The notes below the pieces were generated by a model. The model did no database searches. It had not been told where the DNA came from and worked only from the letters and a program-made list of their open reading frames with translations. DNA of 64,000 bases, from positions 22,765 to 86,764 of the forward strand of contig FLMG01000893.1 in the NCBI GenBank assembly GCA_900088475.1, written 5' to 3'. This DNA is from Hyphochytrium catenoides (lineage: Eukaryota; Protista; Hyphochytriomycota). This document shows positions 1 through 12,960 of this stretch, piece after piece. Position 1 is the stretch's first letter; each line of letters opens with the position of its first letter. A program made the position numbers and the translations under genes.

Positions 1-3000
1 TAATTCATTCTCTCCTTTGTGGACGGCCTGCAGTTATCTTCAGCATCTTTGACTTCTTTAAGAAGGAGCAGCTGCCCCAAGATGACGTCATTATGCTTAT
101 GCGAACCGCAGCCACCGTGCTCTCAAGGATAGAGCCTAAGGTATTACATGGGGGATCGAAGGCCATCAGTAGACATGCATTTTTCCTTCGTCTACCTGTT
201 CCGTTTCAGCGCCGGACACCTCTCTGTTCCTGCTAGGTCGCTCCGTTGTCATAGCTAATAGACCTCTTCAATTTCCTACCCCTGACCATTTCCTATTTTG
301 CATGTTGGCTGCTATTTCCTTGGCTGGTTGCGTTAACGGCACTTCGTATGCAAAATGACACTTTCGAATGCTTATACCTCTCAAATTTATTGCCTGGCTT
401 AGATTCCTTGCTACGCAGTAGAAGCTTTTGAGCTGGAAGCTTCAGAGTTGTATGTTCGACTGCACAAAGACATAGACAGTGAGCTCACGCTAGCGGAGTT
501 CGTAGATTATTGCCTCAAGTCTGAGCCATCTAGCCATGTACGAAGACCTTTTTAAAGCACTTCTCCTTTTTCCGGTGGCTGCTTGGATGCCTGTTGTTGT
601 TCTTTGTAGGACCTGCCCTGCCCTGGTGCTGTTGCCTGTCGCTAACAATACGAGATCCTCTCTTCCCTTCCTATACTCTTGATTTTTCCTGTCACTCTCC
701 GCTTCCCGCATATTTGTGTGTCCTTCCCTCTTTCACTGCTTCATATATCCGACGGTTATTCACTATCTCATATTAGTTTTCTTTTAATTGACCAGTCCCG
801 AAGACTTGTTGAATATTTCGATCGCAGCGGACAATGCTCAGTCATTAATTCACTGAAGTACGTTGATCCCGCCTTCCGGCTCTCAGACGAGTCAGTCAGA
901 CTGTCGCTCAAAAGGATCTTTGGTGACAAGCAGACTACATCAAATAAGCAGAAGCCTTTGCAGGTGGCCATTGCCAAATTCCGTACTCTGAGACCTGGCT
1001 GAGTTCGCTATGGGCTCCCTTATTCTGTCCTTTGTCTCCTTCGTCGCCTCTCCCCAAAGTGGCAATATCACTTGCGTTCTCAACTGTTAGGTCCCGATGT
1101 TGTGCTAACCAACCAAACTTAGATTATACGTCCAGCGCAGCTGGGAGACGGAAGTACAAGCTACGCCGTCTTTGGTCCGTCAGGATTGCCAACTCCAGTT
1201 CTTGGGATGGGTAGGACATTGGCCCTTGTTCCTTTCTCACATTTTCTCAGGCTGTGGTTATGATTCGTGAAATCCATCTTGTGGCCGTCCACGGCGCTTA
1301 CTTGCTTGGACTTTTAAGATGTTCGCTGAATACCTGTACTGTCATGAGAGGCGGTTCCTCCTCAGCTCGCCCCTCACTGCTTGCTGGTGTTCAGTATAGA
1401 ATAGGGGTAATATTAGTTTTATGCAGGTCCATTGACGTCCCCATCCTTTATCAGCGCCTTGAACTTTCTTCTAGTTAGGCCTTCCCTTGTTAGAGGGGCG
1501 TTTGTTTCCACTCAGCAGGTTAGTCTTCTTTTGACCCACCTGGAGAATGCAATGAAAGTTGAGGTTTGTTCATGGTGTGCCAGACCCGAGATTGGAAACA
1601 TATATATGAGCGAGGAACGCTATCTAACGTCCTCATTATGTGGTACTTCATATTCCTTAGGAGAACAAAGGACTCTACGGTGTACGACTCTTTCGAGATG
1701 TAGTGGGATGCAACGAGCAGCCAGACGAAAATGTCAAGCAAGATGATCGCGTAGGATGGCGAATAGTGACGGTGGATGACTTTCTTCCCTTCGATCACGC
1801 CTCAGACCCTCTAGGAGCTCACTGCCCGGACTATTGCGAAGCATGGGTTGGGCTATTAGAAAAGGCAATAGCCAAGGAACTGGGTAATACTCGCTACCTA
1901 ATGCTGTATCCCTGATAGACTTGATGGCCTCCTTGTCCCCTAGCGGTACGCTGTGGAAAAGAGATTGCAGTGTTCCGAGGCAATCTAACCCCCGCTTGAT
2001 CCTTGCTTCCCGACTTCGAATCTCTTATCGCTACAAACTCTTCCCAGCTCCTGGTGTGCATTATGTGTTGAATTGTAGAACCCGCTAATGTGTGTGGCCC
2101 TTGCGAATATCTTATCGTTATAATCTCTTCCCAACTCTTGCTGTACATGATGTGAGAGTTGTGTTGCCCTTAATCTTCCATTGACCTGCACCTCTTCGGG
2201 CCTCAGGTGGATACGAAGCTTTACACGTCTGCTCCCCAGCATATCTCATAGAGATGTTGACAGGATCACCGGTAGAGGAGATCGACTTAATTGGTAAAGA
2301 ACAGGTGAAAAAAACATCGTTCTAGCTCAGTCACGTCGACACGAAACTATACTTCTTTCTCTGTCCGATCTGTGTATGGGTGAGCTTTGCGTGCCACAAA
2401 GCACATCTCTCTGCCCACTTCGTCACTACCTTCGCTTGGCGATTCGTTTGATTGGCGTTCCGCGTTAGTCCGCCCCTACTGATTTCATTATGACGAGGTA
2501 GGGAACGAGTCGGGATCCAGTCCTATTATGGACAGCACTGTCGACATCGAGCGATTCTGGGATCGTTCTCTATGGCTGCACTGCCGAGCCGCAGACGTCT
2601 TTGCTTGACGCAACAGAGACTAACATAACATCAGGTGCTGAGCGGGCGTTAAGCCTTAACAAGAATGTAGAAGACCTAGCTGAGCGTCAATGCGCTGAAG
2701 TCCAGCCTTCCAATCTTCAGAAGGGTCATGGTGGAGACAGTATGGAAGAGAGCAAAGAGAGAGAAACAGCTGTCCGAGAACGGTCGATGAAGAAGGTGCC
2801 TTCAAGAAGAATGGTGAACCGCTTTCGACGACCCCTCGGCCTGTCCGTCAGACAATCCAAGGAGATACCTACATTTGTCCCTCCTATACGCGACAGAGCA
2901 TGTGGCATCACTTATCACTACAATTACGCAGTGGATGAGTGCATAGAGGTCGTTCTTCTTTGATGCTTGGTCTCTTTTCCTCCCAAACACCGGCATTCTT

Positions 3001-5275
3001 TCCAAAAGCTATCGAGTACTCCGTCAGTTTTATTGTGCAGTAGTCCGAACCTTTCTTAGCATCTTTTGCGCTTGATGGTACACTCCGCTGACCACATACG
3101 TTATTTCAATGTCCTGCATCTGTCAGCAATCCTTGCCTATTACTGTCTTCTTCCGATTCGTCAGGCATCTCCTCTTAGCGCTTTACCTTCGTCCAAGCCA
3201 ATCACTTGCTTCCATCGTCTTAAATCTTCATGACATAGGTTGAAGGCCTCTTCTTCGTTCGCTTCCGGTGCTCCCTGCCTCTCCTAGTCCCTTTATGGAG
3301 TGGCCCTTGGCAGGCTGAGGATCCGCGCTGGAATGAGATGAAAAGCGTCAAGCAGCTTCTCTGCCGACCAGAGGAAGAATCCCGCTCTACTTTCTGGGCA
3401 GTCAGAGAGGATGCCTTAAAGGTATTTAACCACTGGTTCACTTGCAAGCTACTAAAGGACAGGTAAGACAGCCTTACAAAGGGCGCAGGTTTTACAAGAT
3501 TCTCTAGAATAGCACGGTCTTCAACCATTAATGCAAGCAAGAGGAAGTCTCGAAAACCCATACTTTTGAGACGCAAGGGACGCAGGGCTGCGTGGATATG
3601 GGTGATGGCTCATGTTAGGGCCAGGATCAATGAGAACCACAATCGTTGCTAACCGCCGACATGATAGCTTGCGGTGCCAAGAGCAATCTGGAAAGTGGGG
3701 GAACAGCATCCTGGGAAGGACGTTTGCCCAGTCACCCGAGCTATGGATCACCCTACCTCACTTTCCTTTGGAGATCACGGAGGCCGCAGACTATCTCTTC
3801 CAGCTGATCTTTACAGAAGGTAAACAGTAATCTACCTTCAGCCCCTCTTTCTCTCATGCCCTAACAATTGCTTGTCACATTTTCTTCACAGCTGTGCTAT
3901 TATTTTTTGGTCGGCGCATATTTGAGTTCTTTTGCAATCATTAGTGGCATGCTGTCCCTAGAAAGACCCTGTACTGACGCTAACTCTCGCTTCAGATCCA
4001 CGCCTTGGATTAGACAGATCCAGTTACCGGCTTGGGTTGCTGATAAAGACGTTCATTTGGACAGACCAGGACAACAAGGTATGACAGCGAAGAGAATGTC
4101 TATAAGAAATGAGAGAAGCGGAATATCAGACAGGCAATAGTGAAGCGATGCTCTTCGCACTTGCGCTTAAAATAGACGAATCTCAGTCTATTTATTCTTC
4201 CTTTCTATGCGTTCAGAGCCCATTTTATTAGCATCTTTCAGTGGCATCTCAAGGATAATTCCCTTGATGATCTAGGGGTGTTGGGCTTTCTGCGCTATTT
4301 CTCGCTGATGCGGCGCCTTGCTATCTTCTCTCCTCCGACTACTACAACTGCCTCCCTCTAAATGGTCCCACCACCCGCTGCGCTCTCATGAAGACTGCAC
4401 AAGGCTTAGGCCAGGTAGAGCTGCTAGCCGCATCCTCCAATGAGAATATCCAGAACGGCGAGCAAAAAGTGAGCGCGCTTTGCTCAGAGTTTGATCCAAA
4501 GGCGACAAATGAGTAATGTTGTTCTGTTATAAACCTTCTAGGGCGAGAACAGAAGAGGCGACGAAGACTCAGAGAAGCAGGCGAAAGACAGAGTGGAAGG
4601 AGACGGTCAGAAAGCAAGATTGAAGGAGGAAGGCATGCTGCAGCTGCTGGAGCTTTCTCTCGGTGGAGCATATGCCGAGTTATCCCCAGGTAAGGCGAGT
4701 GCATAATCACCTCACTACCTCTCGAGCGCAAAAAGTCACTTCCTTTCAATTTGCAGGGCCACTAGCGCTTTCGTTTGCTTCCATCTGCTCAGGGTTTTTT
4801 TCGGTCCATGCGTCTCTCTGTCACTTTCAGTGTCCTCTGCCCTTAATGCACAACGCCATAAAGTGGGGAGACAGCATGTAACGTCTCATTATTGCCCTCA
4901 AATGCCTATCTTAGGACAATATGTGGTGGTGCCCTTGCTGCTTATCTCATCAGATGACAAAGGAGACACAATCCAGATTGACTGGCGCGCTCAGGGTTTG
5001 CACTCAGGTACGATTAACTACAACTGCACGAAGTCTCTGACTTGCTTCTTCATACCATTTCGCCACCAACATCACTCCTCTACTTCTCAAGGATTTTTTA
5101 CTGTCTATACACAGCTTCTCAGTGTCCCAGCATCAAATTTCTTTCTTATTAGGCATTTTCCTCTGCTTTTCCTGATCAAGATGTTTTCACTCTAGACTTC
5201 TATGTTTGCGTCATCGGGAAGCCCGCCTGTCGACTACTACCGATGGAGAAGAGTGAGGCGGTTTTCCCCAGCTGA
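1..5275 (+). CDS. Calpain-like protein (EF-hand-like N-term + CysPc + domain III), catalytically inactive; 5' end outside window; about 15 exons visible
   Basis: In-phase GT-AG exons give IFSIFDFFKKEQLPQDDVIMLM and DIDSELTLAEFVDY (EF-hand-like), KYVDPAF, GPLTSPSFISALNFL, GLYGVRLF...GWRIVTVDDFLP...EAWVGLLEKAIAKELGGYEAL...LTG, WSGPWQAEDPRW...TFW, then domain III SGKWG...SPELWITL...PGQYVVVP...DFYVCV; stop TGA 5273-5275. Confidence 0.8.
2019..2162. repeat. Diverged two-copy tandem repeat (period about 88 bp) inside a calpain intron
   Basis: tcttatcgctacaaactcttcccagctcctggtgtgcattatgtg vs tcttatcgttataatctcttcccaactcttgctgtacatgatgtg. Confidence 0.75.
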
Positions 5276-6077
5276 TTGAGAGCTGGAAGTCTATCGCTGT
5301 GCCCAACTATCTCAGAAATAATGAAAAAATGAGAAGAATGTGCTACCACGTACTCTCTACAGAGGTGGAGGCGAATGTTTATCAATGTAATGCTTGACGA
5401 CCATTGCATCAGACTGTAGCTTCGCCTGCAGCCACCGCTATCAGAGCAAGATGTAGACTATGGTCTCTGTCAGTCCCAAATATTTATTCTGTATAATCGT
5501 AATAATAATAAACTATTGATCTGACTTTTGTTGCCCGTTAGCGGCCATCCGTTGGGGCTGGGGCTCTTTCGTAGCCGCTAACCGCCCTGTGATGCTGGTC
5601 TTCTGACTTCTGACTGCATCAGCAAAAGATTTCTCGACGTCTACCAAAGGTTACCTTTCACTCCTCCTCAGCGCTACTGGGGACTCCAAGCTCATCATTA
5701 GGATTCGAACCCTATGGAGGTTGCCTTGCCCACGAAATCCTGCGCTCAAAGTGGTATTCATGCCTGCATCAGGGACTCGTGGACTGGGGTCAACCAGACC
5801 TTGTAAGGGTCATTGCCCCTTAACCAGCATCCTGCTGCGTTTCTAGCCTCGAGAGATATGTGATCTTCACGTCCTTCCAGGCTACTAAGCAGTTTATCAC
5901 TGGCGCGTTAGCTCTACCAGAAGTCAAAGGACAGCTCTTCTCAATAAAGATAGCCTTGTCATCGTCAAGTTGAGCTGCTGCTATAGATAACTTACTTCGT
6001 CCAGCAGAGCAGCTCACAACTCTTCCCACTGTGTACAGCCTTTTTGTGTTGTTCGTTATCCGCCCGGAAAGGACATA

Positions 6078-8459
6078 ATGTCTTCGCAGATTATTCAAGC
6101 GAAGATAAAGAAGCTGGTGGAGATCCGAACGGACTCAAGCACCATGTTAGACGCGCTCAACTCTCTGTCGGCGTTCTACGAAGCCCATGCCGATGCCAGC
6201 AGAGGAGCACATGGTCAAGACAATAAAGCTGCTATCAAAACGACCGCGGATGCTCGTAGAGAACTACGGTCAGACCTCGAAAAGCAGAGCTTCCGTCTCG
6301 CCGAAGAGTTCCTGGCTTCGTTTGAGGACTTTGAGGCCAGGGTGGAAGACTTAGAAAGGGTGACGACGGAGCTGGACAACAAATGTCTTAGTATTCAACA
6401 GAGGTAAGTTATTCATGTATGCCTGTATGTGTGGCCTTAAGGCCTTGGCATCAGATATCTCTTGGGCGCGTGGACATGTGCTGACTTGTCAAGTGCGGGA
6501 TACGCAGTTCTTCTCGTGTTGCCAATAGTTTAGTCACGTTTGGCCCTGACCTAGCCGTGCCTAAACTAGTCCACTGTCCCGGACCAACATTAATGAAAGG
6601 TTTACCTGTGCAGGATCCAGCAAAATAACGAGGACACGTCGCGCTTTATGACGCGCATAACTGAGCTGCTCCAGAAGAAAGATGTTATGCAGAAAAGGCA
6701 TGCTTCCCTTTCCCGTTTCTTGGAGAACTTCCAACTCTCAGAGGAACAGGCTGAGGCCCTACGGACAGCTCCTGTGGATGCTGCGGAGGAAGGAGAGTTT
6801 TTTCGCGCCCTCCGAAGAGCGAAAGAGGTGCGAAAGATGTGCCAAGATCTACTTAGTTCGGACCACCACACCGCTGGCATTGAACTCCTAGAAAGGTCTG
6901 CAGGATATCAGGACATTGCATATGACAGACTCTATCGGTGGGTCCAGGACGTGTGCTCAAACGTCACCTTAGATCTAGTGGATGTCATTCCTGTCCTTCA
7001 TCTTGTTATGCGAGAGCTCGTTGAGAGACCAGCTTACTTCCTTCACAGTCAAGAGACAATATGCTCCCTTCGGTCCGGACAGCTCCTCCGTCGGTTCATC
7101 TTTGCCCTCTCGCGGGGCGACAGGCCTATAGAGATGCATGCACATGATCCTGTTCGTTTTGTCGGTGAGATGCTCGCCTGGACTCACCAAGCACTAGCTG
7201 CTGAGAGCGATTTCCTTCGGGCCATTAACGGCTTAGAGGTTGGAAGCAAAGGGAAGCCTGGTAAGAGCAGTGAGCTGAACCAAAGGAATACAAATGAAGA
7301 GGCCACTGGAAACGCCGAAGTAAATATGGAGAGGACAGCCATGACGATAGAGCAGAGTCTCCATCTCATCTTTGACGGAGTGTCGAAGCCCCTCGCTGCC
7401 CGCGTCAAGCAAGTCTGCGCCCAGCAGAAGGCTGCAACCATGGCCTATCGCCTCTGTCATCTAGTCGGTTTCTACTACGTAACAATCTCCAGCTTTCTTT
7501 CGCAGTCGGAAGGCCCACTTACTGCCAGTCTTGCCGAGTGTCGCCAAGAGGCCAACCAGACTTTTAAAAAGCTACTGGAGGGGTACATAAGTAACCTTCG
7601 CAATTCTCCGCCACCTTACCCTTCTGATCTCTCGCCGACAATGTTTACCGTCGAGGCTGTTGCTCTCATGTCGGAGCTCTGTGAAACGTACGATAATTCG
7701 CTTCTGGATGAATCTGAGCCCGAGTGCCAGATCGGCAGCACTCTTCTACAACTCTCAGACGCACTTCTAGCAGTGACAGAGGACAGTGCTCAGGCGCTAG
7801 ATCGTTCTGACATCTCTGTGCTTATGCTGAACAATATCTATCACCTGACTGAGCCACTTAAGAGGTTTGACTTCGCAGGTCTAGTGGTCAGGGACCTGCT
7901 AACAAAGGCGGAGGCCTGGCTGTCTTCTCTTGGACAGAATCAGGCCCAAAAACTTCTGACTAGCCTTGGGATCAGTGAAGTAGTAAAGAAGATACACGAG
8001 AACAAAGGAAAAGAGGTAAGGATTGAAAAGCGACATGCAGGAGGCTGCAGTGCTAGCGGAATGGGTTGATTCACCGTTCCTGTTATTGACTGCAGCTTGC
8101 TAGATTTATCAATGCCATGATTCTGCAAGCCGGAAGACTAACTCTGCTTTGCTTGCAACCGCGGCTCTTTGTTTCATGTTGTTCAGCTCTCCAAGCTACC
8201 TGGGCTGGACCGCTATACTCTCGCCCATGCTATGCGCCAGTTTTATGGAGTACTTGCAGAGTTTAACCTTCCTCAAATTGATCGATTAAGAGACCCCGTT
8301 CAGAGAGATAAAGGCAAGAGAGAAATCTCCATCCTCCTCTCGAATGCCCACAACACCATCTATGAAGCCTTGCACGACGAAAAGAACGGATACGAGGACC
8401 CATTCTCCATAACCCTTCATTCTCCAGATCAAGTCAGAGCCCTTCTGGACATAGTGTGA
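6078..8459 (+). CDS. COG6: Conserved oligomeric Golgi complex subunit 6; exons 6078-6403, 6614-8015, 8187-8459
   Basis: COG6 signature RPIEMHAHDPVRFVGEMLAWTHQALAAE, N-terminal ARRELRSDLEK, C-terminal HSPDQVRALL; both GT-AG introns preserve frame. Confidence 0.93.
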
Positions 8460-8693
8460 TGGGACCTCAGGCGTCTGGCGAGGGTTGAGGGATTCACACA
8501 GCACTGCTTAGCTTTTCTGACCTTCTGAGTGGTTTCCCGGTGCAGGTGAAGTCGTCCCCTACTCCATCCCAAAAGGAGGAAAGACTGAGAGCAATACATA
8601 TTCCTTCTGCCATCTCACGTCTCTTCTGCTATATAGCTCAGCCGTCTATCTTAGCTCCATGGGAGCGAAATAAAGGTTGTCCGAGTGCCAGTT

Positions 8694-11600
8694 CTATTCT
8701 GTTGCATCACACACAACAACCTCTGACTGACAGATGGTTATAGCAGTGCGCTTCCGGGAACTAGGAGAGAGAACAGAGCCCGAAGGAAAAAGAAGGCCGG
8801 GGACGCCTTTCGGACGTTCTGGTACAGGAGATGTCGTCGCAGTATCCCTCTTCCCTTCCTTTTCTTCGTGAACTGCTCCCGTCTTGGGTAAGTGGCCATA
8901 GCCTTTGCTTGGAGGTCCTCTCCACAGTCTCTCCTTCACGAGGAAGACTGGGAAGGAGGATAGCATGAAGAGGATCCCCGATAGGGACGGTCCCTGACAC
9001 AGAGGATCAGCTATGAGAACCAAAATGCAGAGATAGATCATATGAAGCAATAAGGGCACTCAACGACATAACGTTGGTGGTACACATATAGATACCGTGC
9101 AAAGAGCATAGCAACTACAAAGGTAGAGTCGTTTATGGGAGAAAGGGTGCCACTCAACTGGTTGTTCCACAAGGCAAGAGGCAGCAAGCGTCATCGACAT
9201 GGTGATGAGTACCAGAGGAGAAAAGGGATAGCAGCAAACTTTGTATGGACGAGAGACATGACTCTTTTTCCTCCTCAGCGTGACCAGCGAAACTCCTGCT
9301 AAACCGTAAGTGATCCATAGGGAGATTCCAACCCCGCTGATCAAGGACTGGGGAGCCAGAGGGAAGGATAGAGTAAATAGAAAGTATTTAGGCAGTTCAG
9401 AATTAGATTATAGTGGAATAGTGAAGAAGGTATAAGATGACGCCTGGCCTTACAAGAACCAAGACCCGACCGTAGGAAAAGAGGAGACTTGATGCCTACC
9501 TCCACATCCGTTACTAACGCTAGAAGGGATGACCAGCAAGCTTGAGCCACGAGAGCATTTGAAGGCGACGAAGTGCGGGAGCTCAGAGCGCCCAAGCCTC
9601 GGGGTAGATCGCCATCCCTAGCTGAAGCTAAATGACGGCCTTAGCGACAAGGAACCAAAAACATAAACTGAAATATAGACCATTGAAGGGGAACAGGTTC
9701 AAGAAGGGGAAATCCTGTTCAGAGAGTGCACCAGCGACTGCCTCGCACCATAGTGAATAAAGGATATAATCTTGACCTTGGACGAGATAGGGGACGAAGA
9801 AGAGAAGGACAGAACCCAGCGCTTGAGTGTGTTAAGGTTTGCCAGAGCATAGGAGGATCTCCTTACCCATAACTAGTCTTGCTCCAGTCATCAACAGGCC
9901 GTTCAGCGCGCCAAAGGCAGAGAGAGCAACGCCCAGTCCCATGATGATCTCGCCAGCCTTTCCTGCCACCTCTCCCCCGAAATCTAATGCTAAAAGCTTT
10001 GTGGAGGCCACCACCTTGAGGGGAAGCACCGCCATGTAGATGACGTTAAGTACCATGTAGAGAAGTGTGACCAGGCAAATTCCAGCGTTAATGGCTCGAG
10101 GCAGAACTATCTCAGGATTAACAATCTCCTGAGAACAACGGATCAGAAGTCAGCGAAGGAGCCGAATGCCTATCTGTTCATAACCTCGTCGCCGTTGTCT
10201 TCTGGACTCCTTGGTTACTCCTGTTCCCCACTCTCTAAATCTGTTCTGCCGTTGTCTCTCTCTTTACGTCTTATGTCGGCACATAAGCTACCTCTAGCCA
10301 CTTCTTCGGTCTGTCATACCTCAGTTAAATAGTTGGCCTGCACCCACCTAACGAGAGACAGGATTGGGATCAAACAGCTGATACACCTGATGGGGACCAT
10401 AGAAACACTAACCCGTCGAAAGCCCATAAAGCAGCGATCAGGGCCGTCCCTAGATTAAGTTTGAAGCCAGCTTCTGAAGCGGCAATCGAAGGCGATGGCG
10501 AATCTGTGACCGTGGCGTCTTCGGGAGACGATGTCGTTGAGGAAGAAGTTGATTGAAGTCCGAAGGAAGACAAAGAATGGAGTGCTCCTGTCAGTATCAT
10601 AATGATAATCACCACGAACTTGGCGATTGACGCCCCGTTTTGGATGTTGGCACCGGTTCTGGACCCGAACATGTTTGCTGCAGATAGAAACCAGATGGCT
10701 GCTATCGCGGCAACCTGCAAACAGAGACAAGCGACAGATAAGTTAAGGCCCAGAGAAGGCCGTATTCCAGGAATGGTCAACGCAACCAAGCTAGAGTTTA
10801 TTCCTCACAAGCGAGCAAGAAGTATATCATATAGAACCCCAGCAGGCGGACTACCACCTTCACTGATGAAGAAGCTTCCTTGTTGGTGTGATTTGAGTCG
10901 ACTCCCTCCGAGGATGAAAACAGGGAGACCACATATTCAGCAAATACCAGAGACACCAGGGCAGCCGAGCCGGGGTTCAAGAGCAAGTTCTTGGTCCATG
11001 AGAAGGCTGGCATAAGACACCATACGTGAGACATGGTTTAGTAAGTGACAATTAGAAAGGTGCGGGCTGTCTAGCTGCAAACAAGGAAGCCAGAGGTTCT
11101 AGTACTGTGTGGCAACAGCCTTAGCAGAATAAAAAGCTTTTTAGGGAAGGAAGCACCACGCCGGCAGCGATCCACACAGGTTATCAGCACAGGAGAGCGC
11201 AGCAAAGGTGCTTCTTATACAGACCGAAGGCCATTTGCTTGCCAAATGCAAGCTGGAAATAGAAGTACTCCGCCCCTACAAGAAGGCTTCGTTTAGATGC
11301 CACGAAGGTAGTCTCTCTCTCGAAGTTTGTCAGCATCTCTCGGTCTCCTATCCATGATCGCCTTATCCCTTTATGTCTGTGGATTATGGTCTTATTTAGA
11401 CTCCTCTCGATTGGGTTCATATTTTGTCTCCTCTCCTTGACTGTTTGGATCACCTCCTGCCGCATGATAAGCGCAGAGCAAGCAATCTATTCTATTGTCG
11501 TCCTGGATAGGGTGAGACCAGCAATACCTACCCGCATGGGGGAACGCGGCTCCCAATTCAGCATAGCACAGTGACCCATAGGCCACGAGTATGCCAGCAA

Positions 11601-12097
11601 ATAACCAGACGGCAACTGTCAGTATCGCCGATCCGCCACAATTGGCAAGGACGATGCCCGGACTCACTGCATAATCCGAACAGAGAAGTAGGAGATTAGT
11701 TTGAGATTGGGGGAGGACGGGGAGACATAGAGATCATCTGAAAACAAGCAAAAATGAACCCGATTGAAAGGAGTGGACAGACGTGTTTGGTGGCGAGAGA
11801 CTCACAGAAAATCCCGCTTCCAACGATACTTCCAAAGAGTAGTGAAACACTGGCCGGGATCAATGTTGTCAGATTTATGCTACTGGATTGATAAGTCATC
11901 TTGAAAGATAACATGCAACGAGCTTACGCATCAAGAAAGCCTAGTCGTCTGTCCGGAGTGCTCTGACTTCGTAGAGCTTCTGGCTGAGCGTCGATTCCAT
12001 CCAGTGGCGCTTGCAGAGGAAGTGATGGATCCAGCGTGATGGCTTCAGCACCTGCTTCAAGGCCAAACTTTGGATCGAGGCCCTCCTCCTTGGACAT
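8694..12097 (-). CDS. APC-superfamily L-type amino acid transporter (LAT/SLC7-like), multi-exon
   Basis: TM1 LLFGSIVGSGIF, GSLCYAELGAAFPHAGAEYFYF, ALWAFDGW, GALNGLLMTGAR, RPYKVCCYP; ATG at 12097 (MSKEEGLDPKF) is the likely start. Confidence 0.9.
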
Positions 12098-12660
12098 CTC
12101 AGTACCTGCACTGACTCTAGTACAACTCCTACAGCTTCCCAAACAGCGGTAACATCATAAAGGGGAAGGCTCGACGTTCTTGTGCGCAGACGCTTATCAC
12201 ATTACCCTCTGCATATCGGCCTATTGACCAGACAGCTGGCCTAAGATTGGAAGCAACAATGGCAATAACGGAGCTTGGTGCTGCATCGCAGCCTCCTTGT
12301 CCTTTGGTTCTGACTGTGTAAGGCTTGCTTCCCGATATCAGCCTTCATCAGCCTTCATGGAGATCTTGAGCCGGCAGATCCAGGAGCGGAGGCAGGCAGA
12401 GTAGGAGGTCAGAAACTGCCTCCTGCTTTCTAAGAAGAACTTTGGACCTGTTGAAGTCGAAAGTGGCACGTGATGGTCACTATTAGGTCGTATTTCTTAT
12501 CAGAACTCGTATTAGCTTAGTCTGGTCTTTGCCATAATAATAGTATGTACGGTATTATAAGTCCCTATTTAGACCATAAAGTCTTAATATTGGCGCTATT
12601 TACTCTTCAAGTCCACGAACGGAGGTGGTCGTGCTTCTGTGGTCTATGAATGACTCATCA

Positions 12661-12960
12661 CCTCTCTCTCTCTCTCTCACTCTCTCTNNNNNNNNNNNNN
12701 NNNNNNNNNNNNNNNNNNNNNNNNNNNNNNNNNNNNNNNNNNNNNNNNNNNNNNNCTCCCTCTCTCTCTCTCTTCTTTCCTCCCACTCTTGTCTCTCTCT
12801 CTCCACTTCGCTTGCCCCTCTCTGTCTCCGCTCTCCGCCTCCTTCTCTCTTCTAGTTCTTGTCTCTTTTCCTCTCTATTTTCTCTCTCCCTCCCTCTGTC
12901 TCCCTCTCTCCGTCTCTCTCGTTCTCTCTACCACCTCTCTGGCTCACTGTCTCTCCTGAT
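12661..12960. repeat. (CT)n microsatellite and pyrimidine-rich tract containing an assembly gap (N 12688-12755)
   Basis: Runs of ctctct flank the N block and CT-rich sequence continues to about 12960. Confidence 0.95.
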
